A stretch of 63,451 nucleotides of DNA, the filler included, from Sphacelaria rigidula (taxonomy: Eukaryota), in NCBI GenBank assembly GCA_964200075.2. It is 4 parts of 4 records of this genome, joined end to end, with 100 filler letters (N's around TTAATTAATTAA, not from the genome) between each part and the next. Parts side by side here need not be neighbours in the genome. Positions count along the whole stretch, not along the records: positions 15,891 to 31,680 come from CAXNAA020001590.1; positions 31,781 to 47,566 come from CAXNAA020001591.1; 2 more parts are not named here. One strand, given 5' to 3'. Below the pieces are notes generated by a model. The model had not been told where the DNA came from, did not search any database, and worked only from the letters and a program-made list of their open reading frames with translations. Below, in pieces: positions 24,401-35,949 of this stretch; the first letter of the stretch is position 1; each line of letters starts with the position of its first letter. The position numbers and the translations under genes are program-made.

Positions 24401-27400
24401 GGTAGTGTGGTTCACCAAACCTTGTCTGCGGGTGATGTAATTTCATGAGTTAATTGCAATGAATGATGAGTAGACTGTCCCGATAAACGTTGGGTGCTGA
24501 GAGTGCAATCTATTTACGAAAATAATATCTTTTGGACACGGTGACGCGCTTGTTTTATCGTTTTGTTCATTGGTCAGAGAGATCCTGCGTCACGGACGGA
24601 CGTGCCAATATTTACAACTTTCTCCTGGAAACAAGCGACCTGTACTATTATTCGTTCACTTCTGAGATATGATACTTATTGTATACATGCATGTATTTGT
24701 CTGAGAGATGACATAATTCACGGCACACAGATATATCACGGCGCTTTCCCTGTATGGACGAGTTCTCGATTGTCTCAAAGGACAGCAGCAGCTTGAATGT
24801 ATGATTGTGCCGTCTATTTTCCGCTCGTGTGCATGAAATCCTATACCATAAATTGTCGAACCGTGTATGTCAAGAAGTATGGATGCGCCTACCCTGTGGT
24901 AAGCATGCGCATGAGTATCACTGTCTGTGGCACACGTGTGCCATCGTCAAGGCCGCGTTTTTTTTTTTTAATTTTCGAGTTCAGCACATCAGAAAACCCA
25001 TCCAGGAAATGGACAGACGGTGCATATAGCTAATAATATGTACACAACATTATTAGCCAACTCCGATCCCGGTGCATGATGGCGCAGGGGACGAGAAAAC
25101 TGCCATCCCCGTGAGGTGGTCTCTTTTGTGGTTATGGGGCGGTGTCTACCAAATCGGCCCGTAGCATGCGAACGGCAGTAGTGCTTTTGGACCATATTAA
25201 AAGTTTTGTTGGGGTCTGAAAAAAAACACGCGCAAAAAGCAGTTGCTTACCCCGGGATTTGGAGCTGGCCTCCCCCCGAAAAAACATGATCATGGGGGTG
25301 GTATCTACCGTTTTGGCGCGTGACACACGAACGTCGATGCGCCTAAACACACGAACACAACAACGGAACATACAGTAGAACCACAACTACTTCTCTCCGA
25401 ATCCCCTTTTCTACTCATCTGGGGATGGAATCGCTCCATCCCCTGCCCGCATTACGCTTTCCCGAAGTGCGCGCTGGGGTTATAGTCTACCGTCAGGACC
25501 CGTCGAATACGGATGGCGATGCTGCTGAACACGCGAGTGGTCAAAATAACATATTATACGTTCTATTTCCTGGCTTGAAACCGCGCACTTCGCCCCCCCT
25601 CCAACAACGAGATGAGTATATATCTCCTCCCCAAACACCCTCACCTGAAGGGTTCTATTTGATGCAGTTGCTGTTCGTAGGTGGACTACATGATGGATCA
25701 CTTGAAACACATGATGAGAGGTATAATGGGTGTATCGAGACCCTTACCATACAACCCTCAGATAGCTAGGCCAGGGACCCACCGTTCGTTTGCAACAGGC
25801 CGAAACGGTCGATACCACTCGCGGGGACGGCTATTTTCTCATCGATTGAGAACCGTGAGTCCAGATATATGATATCACTACTGCAGTAGAGTGAGGGGAG
25901 ATTATACACGATTTCTATTGGTGCCGAGCACGTGTTCAAATTTGATACCATCCGGCCGCAATTGGCTCAAACGCCGGATATCACCACCACCCTTATTCCC
26001 GTAGAGATTGTCAAGGCAGGGGATGACACTTTCTACGATAGCCCCCCCCGAAACCAGCTAAAAGTGTCACGAAAAAAATGGCCATACAACGCTTGATGTT
26101 CGGGTTCGCGCCGCATGAAACGCCTCGTATTGGCGACATTGGCTAGAACGAACCCGAGCGTGGGAATTCCCAGCTGTGCTTGAAATAAGGGAATCAACGA
26201 AAGTGAAAATAATCCGTATCCAGATATTTGATGTGCTCATTCCCCCCAAAGTCAGTCGTGACAGGGGTGGATCTGCCGCTTTAGCATTTTACACATGAAA
26301 ACACAATGCACCTGAACACACAAACGCATCGAAAGAACGGGTGAACAGTAAAGTATTCATTCATCCTCGCATCTCCATTTCTCCCCACTCGGGGATGATA
26401 TATTTCTCTATCCCGTCCCCAGACACATTGGGATGTTACTTACCGTTTTTGTGGGCGTTTGCACAGGAATGGCGATGCCCCCGGAGACACGGGGGTCATC
26501 CTTTGAACTAATCCTCTACATATATACGACCAATCTTCCATGAACCCCTTCTTCTCCCATCCCCTTTCTCAAGGATGAAATCAATGATGAATGCATCCGA
26601 CACTTCTACCATAGCCCTCTCCAAAAAGTGCATGGTTTTGGGAGCACGGAAATCGAAATGGGAAACGCCGAGCACAACGAAAAGTACCCCGAAAAGTCTC
26701 CATGTCATCCAAACGCATTCCATGTGCACTGTTTGCGCCAAAACGGTGGATACCGCCCGTAATTTCACGGTGGAAAGCACCCCTCGAAGACGGCTATATT
26801 TTCTCGTCCCCTGTGCTGCCATACACCTCCCGCCCAAATCCGACTTCACCAATGTTGTTTGGGTATTGTTCTGCGCCATTTGTGTATTTTGACCTCGTAG
26901 TTATGAGTTCCACAATATACTGAACTCGAAAAACTCAAAACGTGGCCTGGAATAGCGGAGAACTGCCGTGTGGTCTGGTGGTGCGAGATCTATGATCGTA
27001 GACACCGAATGATTTCGAGTATTTTCCAAACTAAAGCGCATACGCTGTTGGTCATAATCTTGCAAGCTTAGATGCCATGAGATATCCAAAGATCGTAATT
27101 GATTGTATCCTGACTGTGGTCCTCGAGAGCTTCTGTCTTCGAGGCATCTCTAAGGTAAGCTCTTTTTTGGTGTTGTGTTGTTGTCGTATTGTTCGTGGTA
27201 GAATGGGAGGTGTCCAGCTGCTTCTCATTGTCGGCGGTGGATCCTGCGGGATACAGGTGGGAAGGTGGTGCGCCACACGGTACGTTTGCGGAGCATTGCC
27301 AGGAGCGTGAGCACCCACAGGCGTCACACTACACTGTTGGCGACTCTCGAGCGATGTCTCGCGGAAAGATTTTGTCTGATGATTGGCAATGACATGAAGC

Positions 27401-27611
27401 ATTCTCTAGCTCTGAACACGAGCGAGTGGATCACCATGCGCCAATCTCCAGGTGATTCCGAAGAGGTTTTCAAGCGGCAAGCTGATCGAGTGGATCTAGG
27501 TAGTTCATCCGAGGTACGTCTTGGTGCATGCCTGTCTGTAATTGAATTTTCATGAGGGGACCGCGTGCTTCTGGCTTAAGGGACCGCATCGTAGTTCAAA
27601 ACACCTCAGGA

Positions 27612-27830
27612 TCGACGTTTTCAAAACCAATAGGGGCAGTCCCTGCAGGGACCACGCACCTGACCCTAACCCCAACACTAACCCTAGCCCTAGCCCTAAC
27701 CTTAACCATAGGGGTGTTTCAACCCCAATGCAGTCCCCTAAGCACGCGGTCCTCCCACGCATTGCAATGCCAATCCCGCACCTTGTTGCAGTGCACCATA
27801 GGCGTTGAAAAAACGGTTATGCGTTTGTGG
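27612..27830. repeat. Small element with imperfect terminal inverted repeats and a telomere-like (CCCTAA/CCCTAG)n core at about 27664-27707
   Basis: CCCTAACCCCAACACTAACCCTAGCCCTAGCCCTAACCTTAACC seen directly. Confidence 0.55.
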
Positions 27831-28593
27831 TCCATGTGGAAAATGGGCATGGTATACACGTGTATGGTAATGCCGCACCAGTCCCTCCTGATGGGGTATC
27901 CACCATACGGTAAATACGGCAATAAATAGTCATTTGTCGCGTGTATAGAGGTTATACTGTACAGTACTACTGATGATGAGAATGTACGCGTACATGTAAT
28001 AGTCGTACGTGATTATTTTGGGTATGTGGATCAGTTCTTGTATCATTATATCACGCCGCACGACAAACGGAATCATTTTCCGGTATTGGGATTGGTCTGG
28101 GCTGGCAATTGATTTTTACTGCAAAAAACCACGGAGTATCTCAAGATGGAGGGTAACATAAGGGTGAAGAAAAATAGCGAAGAGGGACGGGCAACTAATA
28201 ATCCAGATGGGCGCTTGCTGTCCAACAAGGGCCCCAGCAATATCCCATTCTCCGAATACATGTGCTACGCGTAGCACCGTACACTTCTGCCACAAGCAAT
28301 AATAGGTGGGCACCGCGAGTCTCAACATAATCAAGCTTACGCCTGCAGTCTAGTCTTCCTCGTCGTTCAGGTGCTACATACGGCTCTGGACTCGTCGAGG
28401 CACGCCTTTGTCGCGTCAAGTGAGTTTTTCATGCATCCACGAGGTCTGCCCTTCACGGCATACTGTACTGTAACTTCAACTCAGTACCGTACCAGCTCGT
28501 ACAGTAGCCATACACAAGAAGGAACTTTTACATCAACTCAGTATTAATATATACTTCTGCCTGTAGCCACACACAACGACGTTGCTGCATCAC

Positions 28594-28731
28594 CTCGCCT
28601 GTATGTTGTTCTCCGCCCGACTGAATCCGTTCAACGCCGGCACCTTCAGTGCGTGGACAGCTGGATTTACAGAGTCTGCATCGCGGAGGCAGATGCGCTG
28701 CATCAATATTGATGTATGTCCAGCGTTGAGC
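28594..28731 (-). CDS. Probable internal exon of an unidentified minus-strand gene (possibly the 5' part of the TPR gene)
   Basis: CTGCAG acceptor, GAG|GTGATG donor, 138 nt open (LNAGHTSILMQRICLRDADSVNPAVHALKVPALNGFSRAENNIQA). Other candidate exons at 29158-29107, about 25882-25783, about 25690-25635, about 23104-23010. Confidence 0.35.
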
Positions 28732-29181
28732 CTGCAGTGTACTACGGTGATACATGCAACATTCTGCGTGGTGTCCAAAAATTGGCGTCGAACGACCGCA
28801 ACGGCACGTGTCTCTCTCTCTATATATACTGTATATATATATATATAAGTTAGTGCACAAAACTACAATAGTCGGAGGCGAACTGTTTCTCATGATACTG
28901 CAGTTGTATCCAATCCTACATACTGTACTCCTTGTAGATAGTGCGTTGCAGAGACGTCCATTACAGATATCTCATGCGGATACCACCGCGCGCCACTGAA
29001 TACCATCGAGAGGCTCGTACCGTTGGTACGTTCTTCTAGAAATGTGTCGATTGGCATGCCTCTCGTCGCCGGTAGCGCAGCACTTGCAAAATCGATGATC
29101 GATCACCTTTGTTTGGACGGCATCCGTACAGGGTGCACTCTTGAAGGCTCTTGGAGCACTAAACTTGACAAATGAATAATA

Positions 29182-29830
29182 ATCCCTCTGTCCGAAAATA
29201 TAAGATCAGTATGGACGAAAAGTGGGATATCTGGGGACCACGAAACGTTTTTTCCGAACCGTTTTCCCCCTCGGTTTCGACGCACGCACGCCGAGCCCGT
29301 GAAACTGGTTTTTGTTGTAGCACAAACCAAAAAAGCGTAGCCCACCCCAGCACAATAGTCGCTCGAAATCACCACCCCAACGAGCAATGCTACGTTAGGG
29401 GTGCACTTTTTGCACGACATCTTGTCTGGTTCAGAGGCTCCTAACGGTTCTAGATGCACAAGAAAATGGGTCAGGACATCTCCCCGTTTGTAAATTCAGT
29501 CGGGATATACCCAGCACATTGTAATAGTAACCCTGGCGTACTCTCGCATATTTTCATAAGTCGTGTTTTGGATGAGATTAAGGGCTCCTGACAATTCTAA
29601 TTTCAGAAAATATTTGTGCACCCCTACCGCAGCATCACTCCAACCTTGAAAACCCGGTCAAAAGCCTTCCCATCCGCTGGTGAGGCATGTCCCCTGCTGG
29701 GTGTGCCTCCCAGGTGTCAAAATCGCAAGAACCTCAATAATTTGGAAAGAGCTGCGGTGATTCGGCACCTCCTCGCTGATAGTAACAATGGGGTTCTGAA
29801 GAAGGGTGCGTACATTGCAGCCGCGGAGGA
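29182..29830 (+). mobile_element. 5' part of a plant-type (DD39D/Stowaway-related) mariner element with transposase N-terminal remnant
   Basis: TA-ATCCCTCTGTCCGAAAATATAAG resembles the Stowaway TIR CTCCCTCCGTCCCAAAATATAAG. About 29720-29830 encodes RKNLNNLERAAVIRHLLADSNNGVLKKGAYIAAAE, like mariner transposase N-termini. Subterminal region recurs at 110-320, 60630-60830 (reverse) and weakly at about 47050-47112. Confidence 0.6.
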
Positions 29831-30126
29831 CCCGGGGATAATGATAAATCACCCCCCCCTCCCCCCCTTTTCAGCGGATGTTTTTTTTTCATCCAATTTT
29901 ATATTCGATCATACATACAACCTGTAGGACCCGTTACAATAATGGCTAGATCACCTACTTTCGGGCATACAGTAGAAACCGATTTTATATTTCCGGAGAG
30001 CGGGAGTAGTGCTTTTATCGCGGGACACGGTGGGATGTGTTGTGTCTCGCTTAGACTTCGGATATTCCAAATAAATACTACACCTTGAGACAATAGTTTA
30101 ACCAGGTTGAAAAAAACAAAATCATA

Positions 30127-30547
30127 CAGCCTGGATCCGTTTTTGAGGTTCCGCATGTAAGTGAGGTTCGACTCGAAAGCAGTGCTTTCCTTGACGCTGA
30201 AGTCATGACCAATGAATTTCATATGGACGACCTCATGCCCGCCGACCTCCTCAAAACTATTTTCGGGGGTTGCCCGTCCTCCGTGCCCCCGTAGCGTATA
30301 TGCGAAATCACCAATTTCGGGTTCAAAACGTCCCCTTTTTCCCCTCGATATCGAGGCAAAAAGGTGCTTTTGCACATACGCTTCGGGGGCACGGAGGACG
30401 TGCAACCCCCGAAAATTGTTTCAAGGAGGTCGGGAGGTATGAGGTCGTCCATATGAAATTCATTCGTCATGACTTTAGGTCAGGGAAAGCACTGTTCTCG
30501 AGTTTAACCTCACCCAAATGTTGAACCTCAAAAACGGGTCCAGGCTG
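30127..30547. mobile_element. Foldback/mariner-type MITE with about 185-bp inverted arms
   Basis: TA-CAGCCTGGATCCGTTTTTGAGGTTC... versus ...GAACCTCAAAAACGGGTCCAGGCTG-TTA; arms align along almost the whole element around a spacer of about 55 bp. Confidence 0.85.
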
Positions 30548-30616
30548 TTATCATATAATATTGAGTCGCTGAACGGTGGGTCCCCGTACCTGTTTTTGAA
30601 CACACATCTCGTTTAA

Positions 30617-30719
30617 CCCTTAGACCGCGGTGCGGGTATAGCCCATCTAGATCATTTTTTGTTTTTCAAGTGAAAAATGATGCCGATTCAGCAGGTGACC
30701 TACTCTCGCGGTCTAAGGG
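30617..30719. mobile_element. piggyBac-type mini-MITE (103 bp)
   Basis: TTAA TSD on both sides, perfect 13-bp TIR CCCTTAGACCGCG. Confidence 0.88.
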
Positions 30720-31129
30720 TTAAGATCACTTGGTACCTCCTTGTCTAATTTGATATGTGTGTACATAACTTCAAAATAGGCACATATGATCCCCAGCGTT
30801 TTAGGCACACGTAGAGAATCTTAACATTCTATGGTTGCCTTTCGGTTGTTTTCTTCGAGTGGGTCAGCCTAGGGGCGAATCTGTAGTTTGCAGGCTCTTT
30901 CGCCGGCCGAAGTGTAGGGTTGCACCATAAAAGTTGGTATACTGTAAACAGTGGATAGGGCATAGTAAAAAAAAGTACCCGTGTACACGAAGACTATTTT
31001 TTCATTATTCAATGGCAGTTTCCTGATACCTGAAACTGGTTATTGCCTTCAAGGCACGGAGAAATAGGCTTTTCGTGCACAGGTGACTTCTTTCATTATG
31101 CACTGTTCATAGTCCATGGCAAATTTGAG

Positions 31130-31570
31130 GGTACAACTCTAAATATTGGCCGGCGAATAGGCCGTTCAGTGACCGGATCGGTAGAAATTCGGGGCAGTAT
31201 TTTGCAGGCCACTTACCGGCCCACGTTTGGTGTTCGTGTATTGAACTTTGTCTGGGACCTCGCTAGGGAAAAATGAACAAAACAAAAGTGGGTCAAGTTG
31301 GTGTTTATATATAGTTTTCACTGGTTTAGGGCGTTTTAGTATGTATGGCAACGATTATTTTTTTACGAGAACGCCCAAAAATATCCCAAGAAGAAGCAAA
31401 ATAAAATAAAGACCTATTTTTTAATAAGTCAGCATACCTCTGTGGTTCTCCACTTTTAGTTCAAATAAAAAATTCAGAATTCAGCTAAAAAATTGAGACA
31501 AAGCCCAAGAGTAACGTTTATTTCTCCTCAAAACTCCCCTGTAATACAAAAGCAAACGAAGAAAAACGAA
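31130..31570 (+). mobile_element. Fragment of the same mariner-like composite family as 19945-20350
   Basis: Collinear blocks CAACTCTAAATATTGGCCGG, GGCCCACGTTTGG, GTGGGTCAAG, CAGCATACCT, AAAAATTGAGA. Confidence 0.7.
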
Positions 31571-31680
31571 AAAAAGTAGAAAAACGAAAAAAAAAACGTT
31601 CTCTACGATAAACAACAGCCGATTTTATATTTTGGGGTTCATACAAAATATGGGGCTGAAGTGGCATATCTGTCTTGCAC

Positions 31681-31780
31681 NNNNNNNNNNNNNNNNNNNN
31701 NNNNNNNNNNNNNNNNNNNNNNNNTTAATTAATTAANNNNNNNNNNNNNNNNNNNNNNNNNNNNNNNNNNNNNNNNNNNN
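31681..31780. other. Artificial contig-join spacer
   Basis: N44-TTAATTAATTAA-N44. Confidence 0.97.
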
Positions 31781-31909
31781 CTACCTCAAACTGTACTATA
31801 CCCCCAAGATGCAAGACCGTCACCAAAATGTCGAAACCCTTCGCAACTCGTGAGGAATAATGCACAAAAAAGTTCCAGATTATGCAAGGATTATGCGCAA
31901 AAACGAAAT

Positions 31910-31986
31910 GGTCGTGTCGGGATTTGGACTCGTGACCTCTGTAATAGGAGGCGGTTCTACCAGTTTGACCACCGGGTGCCAGACGC
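31910..31986 (-). mobile_element. tRNA-derived SINE head or tRNA pseudogene; related B-box fragment at about 11581-11610
   Basis: Minus strand has A-box-like TGGTCAAACTGG and B-box-like GAGTCCAAATCCCG; I could not fold a clean cloverleaf. Confidence 0.4.
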
Positions 31987-32019
31987 AAGAGTGGATGCTG
32001 TGGGTCATTCGAAGAGTTA

Positions 32020-32312
32020 GGCGCTGAATTTTTGACACAACATGTTTATTATCACTGCGCACAACATTTTTCGAGGTGCATCCATACATATATATATATT
32101 TTTTTTTCACGGTGTTATGGCATTTTTCTAGTTTTTACAAAAACTTCAAATCGCTCTAACTTCCTGTTTTTTTTTCGCGCATGCACCTCAAGAAATGTTG
32201 TGCGTAGTGATGATACAAATGTTGTGTCAAAATTTCAGTGCCTAACTCATCAAGTTATCCACAGCATCGCCAAAATACATATAAAAATCACTCTCGGCTG
32301 GCCCAGCCTGTA
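32020..32312. mobile_element. MITE fragment: inverted arms about 32021-32081 / 32180-32241, then GGCTGGCCCAGCCTG-TA terminus
   Basis: Inverted repeat seen directly; same terminus as 1304-1320. Confidence 0.6.
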
Positions 32313-32589
32313 TCCATTTTATTCTCCTCGGTGGGCTTTGTACACGCACAAGATGTCTTGCACATGCGTCAGGTTTTCTGGCGTGACCGTGAAGGCAACA
32401 CAGAAAACTCCATTCAGCCTTTTCATGATTTGCCAGGCGGGACACCACCCTGGTCCGCTTTGAAGCCTGTTGCTTGTACATGTGCAGGTATGCATATGGA
32501 CTTGTAGAGTGTAGGTTCAAGATCGTCGAGGAGCTCATAATAATCATTTGCTCGTCGGACTGCTGACTCCCCGACTCAAGTCGTTCGCC

Positions 32590-32820
32590 ACGAGCAATGG
32601 TTCGAGTGCTCGCCCTATTAAATTTTCCAGAACAATGACTCGAGTATTCGCCCCCTTAACGTTTCCACAACAAGCATTGACTCGAGTACTCGCCCTCTCA
32701 GTTTTGCCACAACGAGAAATGGCTCGAGTTCTTGCCCTCTTAACTTTTCCACAACGAGCAATGACGCGAGTTCTCGCCCTATTTAAATTTTACACAACGA
32801 GCAATGGCTCGAGTGCTCGA
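32590..32820. repeat. Minisatellite, unit about 43 bp, about 5.5 copies
   Basis: Unit consensus ACGAGCAATG(A/G)CTCGAGT.CTCGCCCT.TTAA.TTTTCCACA. Confidence 0.85.
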
Positions 32821-34439
32821 GGGCCCCCCAAACCGGCCAAGGAGCGGCCCAACAAGCGCGAGTTCCATGAGTCACACTCGTCCTCGTCCGACGTATGAAC
32901 GTTTTGTAATGACCCGTGGCACATTTGTGCAATTTTTCAGGGGCTGACTCTCTTGACACCGGGATGAGGTTTTGCAGATGAATATGTTTTGGATGATAAC
33001 CGTGAACCAGCCTGTGCCATTTTGTGCTCGTTTCTTGGTCTCCAGAGTTATCAAATGGACCAACTCAAGTAGGAAGTACGTGTCCATTTGTGGCAATCTA
33101 GGTTTCAACGCACTTGCATATCACCCACTTACCCTCGATTAAACCCCGCATAAAGTCAGAGTCCCGGACCTCTCCTTCGCGTTATACGTGGTCAATATGG
33201 GCGAAGTTGCCGTTTGTCGCGCATTTTTTGGCGTTCACTCAGCGTCCGTATGAGTGTTCCGGCGCCAAAAGGTTTAACAAGTATGACTACTGCATGCTGT
33301 ACACATCAACGATGCACGTGCCGTTGCTAAGCACCAGCGCAAAGAACGTTCCAAAATCCGTCCAATACAGGCTAGTTCCGGGTGAATGCCCAAAATTCAT
33401 TCCCCACTAGATGCAGAATGCAAAACTGACCCGATCAGAATCTATTTGGTATCATGGTGATCCACACGAGCAAATGAATTGACAGTGTGACATAGCCATA
33501 ATTTTTCTCGCGTCCCTTGCTGTGGTGGTCGTAGTGAAAATGTGTATCGGCCAATCAGGTGGCTTCAAGTATGAAGTTAAAAATGCAAATTCCCGATACG
33601 ATTTCTACTCCGTTTCATCACAACTCAAACGTTAGTAGCCGCCATCAACCCGGTAATTTGACGCAGAGAACAGATGTAACAACAGTTTGTATGGCATCGA
33701 GTTATACTCCAAAGCATGGTATTTTTTCGTGATGTGGGGTTTTGGCGACGACGGATTTCCAATACTGATTAACTCTCTGGGAACCCTCCCCTCCCGTCCC
33801 CGGCCCAGACGCCTCATTATTTCAAGCGCCGACAAAGAAGAAAAGATGGGGAAAAGAAAATACTGACGACACCCATTTTTACGGCAAGGTCACAGAAGAA
33901 TCCACCGACGTACGTCATGCTCGCACCAACAATGTCGCCCGGGTGCGGTCGGATTAGTTTTATCGAATGAGGGGACGCAACGGGTCAAGTGTATTCAGCT
34001 TTGTGCACACAGCAAAAACCAGCACCGCAGCCTTTGAATTCCATACAACAAAAATCAGCACCACCTGTATGCTTTCTACTCCGTATAAAATTCAGTCCCG
34101 TGTGGCACCGCAGCACACATTTACATAGGTGACGCACCCCACCCGAGTATTTTTGTGGTTCAGTCCGGAGGTCGTACCCGCCCAACACTTGGCAAGCGAG
34201 CTAAGCTACGTCACAGGAACAAAGTAGTATCGCCAAGCACATACGAACCCCCTCACCAAACGTGGAAGGATTGAGGTGCAATACAGTATTTACGCGATTC
34301 ACGGCCAGTTGGAAGCGGTCACGGGTGTGAAAAACACACCTTGGGCAAAATAGTGGTTCTTGGAAGCTGCAAACAATCCATATATTGTTGAAGAAACCGC
34401 ACCTCGAAATCAGCACTTTTCCATTGCCAGTACCAAAAG

Positions 34440-35170
34440 GATTAGGCACTAGGACCCAGAAAGTCTCGTGACGGTCTCCCTCATATCTATCGTAGAAGGG
34501 ATCTCACTATCCTCACATTTGGCAGAGTTCCAGAAATGGGGAGGAAAAACCTTGAAGAATGTCTCACAGTGTTCCCGTGCTCTACCGACTTCCGGGGGTC
34601 CCAGTGTGGAGACCCCCAAATGCGGGTACAAAATTCCTCAAGATATGAACTGCAAATTTCACTTGTCCCGAGGTCGGGTAGTCCAGGAAACGTCTGTACA
34701 GAGTTTCGTTGCGTAACTCGAAAAACTGATTCCAAACGTTCGATGCAAGCTTGATTGCACAAGAAAAAGGTCGAATTGATACCAAACTCAAATAATTGGG
34801 GGGTTCAGCAGCTTATTTTACCCTGGACCCTACACAAAGGCGAGTTTTCACGCGTGTTTCTGGATTCGATCCTGAAGTTTTGCACACGTGTACTACAAGA
34901 TATCGCAAAACGTTTCATGAATGAAGTTTTTGATATATTTTCCTTCCGCCAGATATCTGGGGTCCCACAAGACCATATTAGACCAAATGGCCGCCGGGAC
35001 CCCCGGGACACGGGATATTTGATGGGAGAAACCTAAATGAGACTCCATTTGTCGGAAGTTTGGCATTACACCCATAGTTCACGTGTGCAAAATTTCAGGG
35101 CCTAACTCCGAAAATCCGCCCGAGAAATCGCGAAGGAATAAATTTGGGTGTTTACCCTTGACCAGCCTGC
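34440..35170 (-). mobile_element. Non-autonomous mariner-like element ending GTTTACCCTTGACCAGCCTG
   Basis: CAGGCTGG-type terminus at 35169, internal GGGTCCC/GGGACCC motifs; left boundary uncertain. Confidence 0.45.
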
Positions 35171-35886
35171 AAAGAATCAGAAACAGTGAAAGCAGTTGTG
35201 TTGTACACAACGTAGAAATTGAATAAATGTATATATTTAGACAGTCCTCTCATGCGACCATTTGGAGGATTTCTGTTCAGTCCGGTTCAGAGTAGCCGTG
35301 TGCTCTTGATACACATCCTGCTGTGCCATCGGCACGGGCGCTTTTTCATCTAGTGTAATTCAGGTACTCGTTCCCCATAATTGTACGCTCTCCAGAAGGG
35401 GGACGCGTTTGGCGGCAGGTCTCTTCCAGTGCATTTGGAATTCTACGCTGCTGCAACAAGTGGTGATGCGTTGGAGAGCAAGCACATATACAGCCTATCG
35501 TACCCTTACCGCACGTCCGGCCGCCCTAGGACATGCAACCGGTGTGTGCGAGGTCAACACTGCTGCACTTCCTGGGCGGTAATAGATGCAACCTTCCACA
35601 CAGAAGACGCGCCTGATGCGCTGTTCAGTCCGTGCCATCTCTTTTACACATCAACGTGGTTACTTTACACGCTGTGTCACTGTGGATGTCATACTGCATG
35701 GGCATGGCAGCCACGAAGCCGCAACTCAGCATTCTTGTAAACTGGATACAAGAGAGGGAGTGGGGGGTTCATTTTTGCGTCGTTGGTCACTTATTGTGTA
35801 GGGAGGGGGGAGAGGGGTGGGTGAAGACGCGACCGTCTCTATTCCCTCCCTTCATCCGTCCTACCCATGTTTTCTGTTTTCACCAG

Positions 35887-35915
35887 AGGCACAAAAGCGA
35901 GAAAAGGCGGGAGCA

Positions 35916-35949
<34 letters not shown>

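Noticed and set aside
32590-32820. 43-bp periodic repeat as CRISPR
   Set aside because: The whole unit is repeated head to tail with no unique spacers, so it is a minisatellite.
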